DNA of 64,000 nucleotides, taken from Candidatus Yanofskybacteria bacterium. Its GTDB lineage: Bacteria; Patescibacteriota; Minisyncoccia; Minisyncoccales; UBA10102. The stretch is taken from positions 120 through 64,119 of the forward strand of contig JAUYJF010000006.1 of the NCBI GenBank assembly GCA_030688685.1, read 5' to 3'. Below the pieces are notes generated by a model, which was not told the DNA's origin, did no database searches, and worked only from the letters and a program-made list of their open reading frames with translations. Of the stretch, positions 8,707 through 15,502 are shown piece after piece (position 1 is the first letter of the stretch; each line of letters begins with the position of its first letter). Position numbers and translations under genes: made by a program.

Positions 8707-9796
8707 AAGGCAAAAGAAGCATTGGAGTGTAGAGTGGATTTCCGGATCCTGGGAACTTGTCGTTTTTCGCGCAAAGGCTCGGGGTAAAAGAAGATATGGT
8801 CACGTGCTCTCCGAGAGCTTCGCGAAGCTTTTCCCGCAATACACTCTGAACTTCCGGAAGAAGTGATCCACCACCGGAAAGAAAAATGCGAGAACCAAGA
8901 ACGCGCTCACCCGAACACAGCGTCTCTACACATAGTGTAGCCCATCTCTCTGACTCTCGCAAGAACGCGCTGTGAAGTTTCGCGCGCAGGGGCTGAGAAA
9001 ACTCCCCCTGAGCATACCGCTCCTTGAGATCCCGCGCGCTCGCGTCCTGCATGCCGAGGATTCGTTCAAGATAGTGAGTGAAATACTTTGCTCCTCCTTT
9101 AAATTCTTGAAATGAAAGCAGCGTCCCCTGCCGCACCATGGCAACATGCGTCATGCTCTCTCCCATATCAATAAACGCGGAGTCTCCGCGAACACCCGGA
9201 AAGAAGCGCGCCGCTCCTTCTGCCATATGGACAAGCGAAACATCGGGGATCCCGGCAATCTCGTCAGTGTATCTGCGAGGAATGCACGTACCCAGATATC
9301 GGACGAGCAGCTGCTCTGCGGCAATTCCACGAAAGTCCTCTATCGCGTATCCATTCGCTTTCCGTTCCAGAACGCTCACGCGCGGAACTACGAGTTCCGC
9401 GGGAGTGATCCCCAATACTCTTGAGAAATACTCTTTGATGTCTTCCTCTGCCTTACTCTCCATTTCCTTTTCCAGGGTTTTTGCTTCCCTGTCGCTTATC
9501 GGACCTGAGCGTTTGCGCGCAAGAACATACTCTACCAGTTTTGCCCGGAAAATAGTCGGAGGGAAACTCAGGAGAACAGCATCCGGTTTTCCGTAGTGCG
9601 CCATCGCGGATTCCCGCATCCGCTCAACATCTTTTTTCCAGGAGAGCGCGTCGGTTTTCTTGTGCGAGAGAGAAAGAATATCCAGCGACTCTTTCCCCTG
9701 CCGAATCTGCGCTGACTTCATGAAAGAATCCCCGATATCCAAAAGAAAAAGGAGGGGGGAATCGCTTCTGGAATGAGACAACAGTGGAAATGCCAT
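8693..9796 (-). CDS. FtsA/actin-like ATPase-domain protein
   Basis: LLDIGDSFMK, FIDMGES, GGxxFT, LSGGGSLLP actin-fold motifs. Confidence 0.75.
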   Translation of the reverse strand: MAFPLLSHSRSDSPLLFLLDIGDSFMKSAQIRQGKESLDILSLSHKKTDALSWKKDVERMRESAMAHYGKPDAVLLSFPPTIFRAKLVEYVLARKRSGPISDREAKTLEKEMESKAEEDIKEYFSRVLGITPAELVVPRVSVLERKANGYAIEDFRGIAAEQLLVRYLGTCIPRRYTDEIAGIPDVSLVHMAEGAARFFPGVRGDSAFIDMGESMTHVAMVRQGTLLSFQEFKGGAKYFTHYLERILGMQDASARDLKERYAQGEFSQPLRAKLHSAFLRESERWATLCVETLCSGERVLGSRIFLSGGGSLLPEVQSVLREKLREALGEHVTISSFTPSLCAKNDKFPGSGNPLYTPMLLLPYALK

Positions 9797-9814
9797 TCTA
9801 TTAGTATACCAAAA

Positions 9815-11689
9815 TTACCCGTTCAGCCGCGCTTTTATGCGCCGAATGCCCGAAGACACAGCCTCTTCCTTTATAATTTTGAATACACCCAGCTCTTTGG
9901 TGTTCTGCGCGTGCGGTCCTCCGCAGAACTCCTTGCTGAATGCTTTTCCTTCCTTGTCCTGGGCAATATACACAGACACCACATCCCCGTATTTGACCCC
10001 GAATTCCATTTCAGCTCCCAATTTCAGAGCTTCCTCCTTTCGCATCTCTTTGCGCACCATATCAAGCTCCTCTTGGATCTTGGCATTCACGAGGTCTTCC
10101 ACTTGCTGAATCTGATCTTGGGTAAGTTTTGCAGGATAAGAGAAGTCAAGGCGCAGGCGTTCCGCGGTAATATTGCTCCCCCGCTGATGCACGTGGTCTC
10201 CAAGAATCTCTCGCAATGCCGCCAGCGTCAGATGGTGGGCGGTATGCAGTTTTGTCGTTTCGTAAGAAGTATCAGCCAAACCTCCCTTAAACTTGCCCGC
10301 GGAAGAGGTGCGGGAGAGCTCACGGTGCTCTTCTAAGAGCTTGCTGAACTCCTCCTTTTCAAGACCCATCCCCTCGCGTTCCGCGATTTCCTCCACCAGT
10401 TCAATGGGAAATCCATGGGTTGTAAAAAGAATGAACGCGTCCTGCCCCGAAACAACATTTCCTTTCTGGCGAATATGCTCTAAGAGTTTTAATCCTGTTT
10501 CCAAGGTTTTCGCGAATTTCTTTGCCTCCAGAGTGAGAATAATTCCAATCTCTTCCCGCTTCTGGGCGAGCTCCGGGTATGAGGATTTATAGAATTCAAT
10601 GTACGAGGATCCGATCTCAGAGATCCAGTTTGTTTCCTGTACACCCAATTGTCTTCCCTTAATCACAGACCTCCGAATAAGGCGGCGGAGAATGTATCCC
10701 CGCTCTTTATTGGAAGGCAGTACTCCGTCTGAAATCATCATAACAGAGCCTCGGATGTGGTCTGCGATCACGCGGAACGCCTCTTTGTTTTGCGCGTAGG
10801 GAATTCCCGCAACCTGTTCAATGGTCAGTAAGGCTTTTTGGAAAATATCCAGTTGAAATACGTCAGAATTTCCGGAAAGAGCGGCGGCAATCCGTTCCAG
10901 TCCTCCGCCAAAGTCCACGTTCCGCTGGGGCAGTTTTCCAAACGACCCGTCTTCTGCTTTCCGGTACTCCATGAACACAGAATTGCAGATTTCCATGAAT
11001 CTGCCGCAGTCGCAGTTTGGATGACATTCTTTCCCAAACGCGAGATTGTGCGGAGTATCCTCAAACTCATAGAATATTTCAGAATCAGGGCCGCCCGGCT
11101 CCCCCGTCGGCATCTTTTCAGGGACGCCAGATCTGCTCCACCAGTTTTTCTTGGAATCGTATAAGAAGATTCTTCCTCCCTGCATTCCTTTTTCGCTCCC
11201 CTGCTGTTCTGTTCCCAATTCCACCGCCTTTGCCTTAATCCCTTTTTCTTGGAACAGCTGCTTCCAAATCTCTATGGATTCTTCGTCCTTTGGTATTCCC
11301 AAGCGCGCGTCTCCCGCGAACGCCGTCACAGAGAGTTTTTCAGGATTGAAACCCAGCTCATCTGTCAAAAATGAAAAAACCCAGGGAAGCTGTTCCTGCT
11401 TAAAATACGCCCCGAGAGACCAGTTCCCCAGCATTTCAAAGAATGTGGTGTGCCGGTTATCTCCAACTTCATCAATATCTTCCGCGCGGAAGCACTTCTG
11501 GGAATTCACCAACCGCGTTCCCAGCGGATGCTTTTGCCCCAATAGATACGGCAAAAGCGGCTGCATGCCAGATCCCGTAAACAGAGTGGTGGGGTCGTTC
11601 TCTGGCACAAGCGAAGAAGAGGGAATAACAGTATGCCCTCTCTTCTGATAGAAGTCTAAGAACTTTTGCCGCACCTCGTTTGAATTCAT
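9815..11689 (-). CDS. alaS: Alanyl-tRNA synthetase (624 aa, lacks C-Ala domain)
   Basis: DPTTLFTGSGMQP, RHTTFFEMLGN, DFGGGLER, HTAHH, EFCGGPH. Confidence 0.97.
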   Translation of the reverse strand: MNSNEVRQKFLDFYQKRGHTVIPSSSLVPENDPTTLFTGSGMQPLLPYLLGQKHPLGTRLVNSQKCFRAEDIDEVGDNRHTTFFEMLGNWSLGAYFKQEQLPWVFSFLTDELGFNPEKLSVTAFAGDARLGIPKDEESIEIWKQLFQEKGIKAKAVELGTEQQGSEKGMQGGRIFLYDSKKNWWSRSGVPEKMPTGEPGGPDSEIFYEFEDTPHNLAFGKECHPNCDCGRFMEICNSVFMEYRKAEDGSFGKLPQRNVDFGGGLERIAAALSGNSDVFQLDIFQKALLTIEQVAGIPYAQNKEAFRVIADHIRGSVMMISDGVLPSNKERGYILRRLIRRSVIKGRQLGVQETNWISEIGSSYIEFYKSSYPELAQKREEIGIILTLEAKKFAKTLETGLKLLEHIRQKGNVVSGQDAFILFTTHGFPIELVEEIAEREGMGLEKEEFSKLLEEHRELSRTSSAGKFKGGLADTSYETTKLHTAHHLTLAALREILGDHVHQRGSNITAERLRLDFSYPAKLTQDQIQQVEDLVNAKIQEELDMVRKEMRKEEALKLGAEMEFGVKYGDVVSVYIAQDKEGKAFSKEFCGGPHAQNTKELGVFKIIKEEAVSSGIRRIKARLNG

Positions 11690-11705
11690 TGCTTTAATGT
11701 ATCAT

Positions 11706-11740
11706 AAAAAAAGCATCCCGTTTAGTTTTTAGAGGGATGC
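11706..11740 (-). terminator. Terminator closing the accessory island, overlapping the alaS -10 (TATGAT)
   Basis: GCATCCC...GGGATGC followed by T7 on the minus strand. Confidence 0.75.
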
Positions 11741-11744
11741 GATA

Positions 11745-11869
11745 TAGTCTCCGCAGAGCTGAGAGCCAGGACAGAGCTAATGCGGATCAAGAAGTCCTAG
11801 CGAGGAGAGAGATTTCCGCTATACCCCCTCATCCGATTCCGTCCTGTCTCTGCAGCTCTCCAGAGGCTA
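11745..11869 (-). ncRNA. Candidate 125-nt rod-shaped structured RNA
   Basis: Nested arms TAGTCTC/GAGGCTA, AGAGCTG/CAGCTCT, CAGGAC/GTCCTG, CGGAT/ATCCG, TAGCG/CGCTA. Strand uncertain. Confidence 0.45.
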
Positions 11870-11907
11870 CCATGGTGTAACTCACCCTAATCTAGTTTTC
11901 CAAACAA

Positions 11908-12011
11908 CTCCTGTTGAACTTTTATCACAGTTGAAGTTCTTCAACTTCAGTCAGGATAAAAACTCAATTGGAGGGGGCAGACATAAAGGATTGGACTTTC
12001 CTGCCTGCCCC
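11908..12011 (-). repeat. Two-hairpin intergenic module, copy C
   Basis: GGGGCAGGCA..TGTCTGCCCC + CTCCAATTGAGT...GTTCAACAGGAG. Confidence 0.7.
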
Positions 12012-12018
12012 AAAAAGA

Positions 12019-12333
12019 TTATAAGTGCGTTCTCGCAGGATACAAGCGCACCACCTTTTTTGCGATGCATGCTTCGCCGAATTTTTCTTTCCAGGCTTCA
12101 ACAATCTCATCGCTGTTCTGCCCGGCCTCAATACGAGGTAGAACGAATTCGCGGGAGAGTCGTGCAGACGAAGGCACGACGCACCGCAGTTCGCATGCGC
12201 GCTTGTGAAGCGGCATGAGAACTTGCATGGCAATGGCCCATTGCCGAGCCATTGCCACTTCCTGGAATGTCGGCATGAATGGTGGACATTCTCCTAGAAT
12301 GTCCATTACAGTAGATGCCACCGACTCCGACAT
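12019..12333 (-). CDS. Hypothetical protein (104 aa)
   Basis: ORF with AAAGGAG RBS, between modules A and C. Confidence 0.65.
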   Translation of the reverse strand: MSESVASTVMDILGECPPFMPTFQEVAMARQWAIAMQVLMPLHKRACELRCVVPSSARLSREFVLPRIEAGQNSDEIVEAWKEKFGEACIAKKVVRLYPARTHL

Positions 12334-12437
12334 TTTCTCTCCTTTCGTTTTTTCTTTCGGGCAATAAGCCCTAAAACATTTCTGCTCAAGAACTTATTGC
12401 CCAAAAGAAATCTATTTTTGAGTCAAAGAACTGCTTC

Positions 12438-12520
12438 CTCCTGTTGAATCTCCAAGTTTCCTTAGAAACTCAATGAGAGTGGGAAGGGGCGCAAGGTCGT
12501 GCAGACCTCGATCCCTTCCC
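12438..12520 (-). repeat. Two-hairpin intergenic module, copy A
   Basis: GGGAAGGG..CCCTTCCC + ACTCTCATTGAGT...ATTCAACAGGAG. Confidence 0.75.
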
Positions 12521-12546
12521 TTGTTTACCTCCTTTCTGCGGGGATG

Positions 12547-12855
12547 CTACCCCGCGTCGCTGATTGTAGCGTGTGGAAGGCGATGAAACGCCTCCCGCAA
12601 CTTCTCCGCCTGCTCCTCAGCAAGGACGCCCCTGCTGACGAGCTCCGGAAATATACTAACAAAAAACACATCCCCGCCGTCATCATACATATCTTCGTAG
12701 TAGAGGATTTGATTCTCCTCTACTACCACCGTTCCCTTCTCGTCATGGAACTGGAGTGTCTCCAGTCCCGGAATGACGTCGGGGTTGATGTCCGGAAAGG
12801 CGGCCACGAAATCCGCCTTTCGGACAAGTGTTATGTGCGATCCTCTGTAGGGCAT
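12547..12855 (-). CDS. Hypothetical acidic protein (102 aa)
   Basis: ORF whose AGGAGG RBS is supplied by the 3' arm of module B. Confidence 0.7.
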   Translation of the reverse strand: MPYRGSHITLVRKADFVAAFPDINPDVIPGLETLQFHDEKGTVVVEENQILYYEDMYDDGGDVFFVSIFPELVSRGVLAEEQAEKLREAFHRLPHATISDAG

Positions 12856-12861
12856 TTTGCC

Positions 12862-12947
12862 CTCCTATGAACCCCCAACAGTATAGTAATTGGGGGCTCA
12901 ATAAGAGTGGGAAGGGAAGCCGGAGTGCACCGACGATTCCCTTCCCC
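12862..12947 (-). repeat. Two-hairpin intergenic module, copy B
   Basis: GGGAAGGGAA..TTCCCTTCCC + ACTCTTATTGAGCCCCC...GGGGGTTCATAGGAG. Confidence 0.75.
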
Positions 12948-12949
12948 AT

Positions 12950-13306
12950 TTACCTCCTCCACCAACGCCACCACCTGCGCCGCCGCTTCAGGCGACGCAG
13001 CAGAATGGGATGAATTTGAATTTCAAGAATCACTATGCATGCGATCTTTCCGAAGCGGTCTTCACCGCCCGGAAAGAACCTATCCTCTTTAACATCTTCC
13101 GCTACCACAGTGGCTATGGCATAGCCGTTGTAGTTGTACGAAAAGATGTCGGGTACATATTGATCGTCCTCCAGTCCTCTGGAAAGACGATAAGCCCACC
13201 ACCTCGTCCTCTCTAGCGAGAGCGAAAAGTGGTGATACTCCCCAACCTCGTGGGGGACGTTCCCCGCGGAGGTGAGGGGAACAACCCGGAATCCTTGCGT
13301 GGTCAT
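12950..13306 (-). CDS. Hypothetical protein (118 aa) with Arg/Trp-rich C-terminus
   Basis: AAGGAGG RBS; ends RRLKRRRRWWRWWRR. Confidence 0.65.
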   Translation of the reverse strand: MTTQGFRVVPLTSAGNVPHEVGEYHHFSLSLERTRWWAYRLSRGLEDDQYVPDIFSYNYNGYAIATVVAEDVKEDRFFPGGEDRFGKIACIVILEIQIHPILLRRLKRRRRWWRWWRR

Positions 13307-13449
13307 TCCTCGCCTCCTTCGGAGATCTTAATTTAATTTTGAAAGGTACTTCTTTCCCCTTCCCAAAAATACTTTTTCTAGAAAAGAATCTTTGGGAAAA
13401 GGAGCAGGCGCAAACGTAGCTTATTTACAACCTGCTCCAAAAAGTGCTC

Positions 13450-13523
13450 TGGTGGGGGCGAGGAGATTCGAGCTCCCGCTTCCGATGTGAAAGGCCGGTG
13501 ACCTTCCCGTAGTCGACGCCCCC
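13450..13523 (-). tRNA. Divergent tRNA-Glu(TTC) with encoded CCA
   Basis: Acceptor GGGGGCG/CGCCCCC-A-CCA; D stem GACT/GGTC; anticodon loop CTTTCAC; 4-nt variable loop; T-arm GGGAG-CTCGAAT-CTCCT (C54; C31xA39 mismatch). Confidence 0.8.
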
Positions 13524-13641
13524 ACCGTAATGTGCTTGCTCCCGCGGTCCTTCCGGTGACTCCCCACCAGATTTCCGCTCATCGCGCGGAGCTTGCGCGC
13601 CCTGGTCTGACCCGCCAGGGAGGATTTTGACTGCGGTCTGC

Positions 13642-13983
13642 CTAGTCGACCACGTCCACCAGCACGTCCACCAGGCGAAAAGTGAACGTGGCGGCAGAGA
13701 TTTCCGCGTCGGTGAACTCGCGCGTCTCGCGCGGAACACCGGAAATCTCGGCCACTAGGCAGGAGTCCCCCGCCTCCAGGCGAATCCGCCCGCCCTTTGC
13801 AGAGCGAACATCAACGTCCAGATGCCGGGACACCGCGTCCAGGGTGTTCCCGTGGCTAGGGTTAGCCACGTTCTCCACTCCGGCGCGGATGAACTCCGCC
13901 GCTTCCTCGGGCGTTACCGTCCGAACGGCCACTTGGCCGTCGGGCAGCATGGAAAGCCCGAGGGTGGTATTGAAATACCTCAA
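13642..13983 (-). CDS. DUF1874 / STIV B116-like protein (AcrIII-1/Crn2 ring nuclease family candidate)
   Basis: TTG start with AAAGGAGG RBS, 113 aa. The pattern YFNTTLGLSML..VTPEEA..H.NT...RIRLEAGD..LV...E...T..EI...F aligns by eye to STIV B116 as I recall it. Confidence 0.7.
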   Translation of the reverse strand: MRYFNTTLGLSMLPDGQVAVRTVTPEEAAEFIRAGVENVANPSHGNTLDAVSRHLDVDVRSAKGGRIRLEAGDSCLVAEISGVPRETREFTDAEISAATFTFRLVDVLVDVVD

Positions 13984-14285
13984 TTTTCCTCCTTTACCGG
14001 CATCCCATCTCGTTGCGGACTTATCGCGACAAGTTCTAGAGAACCGGAAATACTCGCTCTGTTTCCGGAGCGGCGAGCTGAACACTAATTTCTCTTGGAT
14101 CTCTTTCAATGAATCAAATACTGCAGATCAGATTAACTAATGCTCACTTCGCCGCTCCGGATGCATTTCAAAGAACAAACGGCTCCCTATATTGTTTGGA
14201 GAGAGCCGTTCAAGCAAAATTCGCTGCTATTTGCTAATCCTGCCTCTCTCCTTGCAGAACCAGCCCCTTTTTCTGTATTGACGCC

Positions 14286-14314
14286 AATATAACATACTAT
14301 TAAGAAAATGTCAA
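14286..14314 (-). promoter_or_regulatory. Near-consensus sigma70 promoter driving the DUF1874-tRNA-ORF unit
   Basis: TTGACA-17 bp-TATATT with extended -10 TG. Confidence 0.75.
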
Positions 14315-14332
14315 GTGCTGCGTGATGGTTCA

Positions 14333-14383
14333 ATAAAAAGGGGGCGAGAGCGCAAAACAACACGCGCGTTCATCGCCCCCCTT
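14333..14383 (-). terminator. Terminator after 14398-14787
   Basis: AAGGGGGGCGA...TCGCCCCCTTTTT on the minus strand. Confidence 0.65.
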
Positions 14384-14397
14384 CAGTAACCAAAGAG

Positions 14398-14787
14398 CTA
14401 GCTTGCGTAAACTGCGGATACGCTGTTTTGGAGTATCCACAAGAGCCGCCAGAGAGCTCCCTCTCCTTCCCTAAGCAGTATTCGTTCCTGGGCATCATCA
14501 ATGGCAATTTCCAATCGCCATTCCCCTTCAGGCTCCTTCGTGAAAACCCATAACTCCCCAGCGGTCTCAGGAGGCTCCATTACAAGGCTGTATACCTTGC
14601 CTGGAATTGAGACTACATCTATGGATATGTGACCTCCCCAAGAAGCCCGTAAGACGTACGAGGAGAGGGCTGCTTGCAGGCGCGCGATTGCCTCAAGCAC
14701 TGTTTCCAGGTTTTCCTGAGAGACTTCCAGGGAACCTCCGCCCCGGACAAACTTCTCCACCACCGCGCCAGCGTCGCGAGTAACCAT
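14398..14787 (-). CDS. Hypothetical protein (129 aa)
   Basis: ORF with GGAGG RBS downstream of module D. Confidence 0.65.
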   Translation of the reverse strand: MVTRDAGAVVEKFVRGGGSLEVSQENLETVLEAIARLQAALSSYVLRASWGGHISIDVVSIPGKVYSLVMEPPETAGELWVFTKEPEGEWRLEIAIDDAQERILLREGEGALWRLLWILQNSVSAVYAS

Positions 14788-14818
14788 CTGTGCCTCCGTA
14801 TGTTTTTTGAGGATAAAA

Positions 14819-14900
14819 CCCCTGTTGAATCCTCATCCATAGGATGAGAACTTAATGGGAGCGAGCAGGCGAAGGTATAATGAGTACTCTCCGCCTGCCC
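14819..14900 (-). repeat. Two-hairpin intergenic module, copy D
   Basis: GGGCAGGCG..CGCCTGCTC + CTCCCATTAAGT-TCTCATCC-TAT-GGATGAGG-ATTCAACAGGGG. Confidence 0.7.
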
Positions 14901-14907
14901 TTGTGTG

Positions 14908-15048
14908 CTACTTGGCAGGAGCGTTTTCTCCCTGCTTTTTACGGCAGGGAGCAAAAGCTCTTTGCCATGTTCTTGCCTTGTACCACGACACGCGGCTGCG
15001 TGGCACAAGGAAAGAGTATCCACTGAGCCAGTTCACCGTAACCATCAT
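14908..15048 (-). CDS. Possible small basic protein (46 aa)
   Basis: GAGGTGG RBS before ATG; the stop lies 7 nt before module D, the same spacing as at module C. Confidence 0.35.
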   Translation of the reverse strand: MMVTVNWLSGYSFLVPRSRVSWYKARTWQRAFAPCRKKQGENAPAK

Positions 15049-15085
15049 TTCTACCACCTCATCTGCCCGTATCTGCCATGGGCAA

Positions 15086-15400
15086 TCATTTACCGCATGC
15101 CTGCCGAAGAACTTCCACATCCTCTGGGCTGGGCCAATCGGCATACTGCCACATATGTGCTGGCGGGTGGTCGGCCAGCACAATTCCCGTCTCTCTGTCC
15201 ATTATCCAGAGAGTCCGGCCCCCCGCCGGGTTTATGATGGCTGCAACCATTACCACCCGATTAAAGGGCAGCGGAGCACCCGGCACAGATGCAAGGCGCA
15301 CAATGCGATCGCCATCCACCTCGTAGGTGCCCGGCGACAGTAGGCGTCGCCATTCCCAATCGTGCGCTTGCTGCCTGGTACTTTCCACAATGGCAGTCAT
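15086..15400 (-). CDS. Hypothetical protein (104 aa)
   Basis: ATG 15400 with GGGAGGGG RBS; TTGACA upstream. Confidence 0.65.
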   Translation of the reverse strand: MTAIVESTRQQAHDWEWRRLLSPGTYEVDGDRIVRLASVPGAPLPFNRVVMVAAIINPAGGRTLWIMDRETGIVLADHPPAHMWQYADWPSPEDVEVLRQACGK

Positions 15401-15502
15401 AATACTCCCCTCCCGCGCATATCTTATGGAAAGGTCTATACTAGAAGTATCCCTTTCCCACGTTTTGTCAACCCCCCATGGAAAACTCACGAATTCTGCT
15501 CT

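Noticed and set aside
13425-13739. 104-aa minus ORF over the tRNA
   Set aside because: It overlaps the tRNA-Glu and the DUF1874 gene in another frame and has no RBS.
13984-14109. N-terminal extension of the DUF1874 ORF in the ORF track, and likewise for rplC, rplX, rplQ, the response regulator and NYN
   Set aside because: Better starts with an RBS or family-typical N-termini lie downstream, and the extensions run through promoters or structured leaders.
11908-14900. Modules as classical integron attC sites or a true CRISPR array
   Set aside because: The GTTRRRY/RYYYAAC-like boxes are in the opposite order to attC and no intI is visible. The repeats are not identical, are separated by whole genes, and no cas genes are present.
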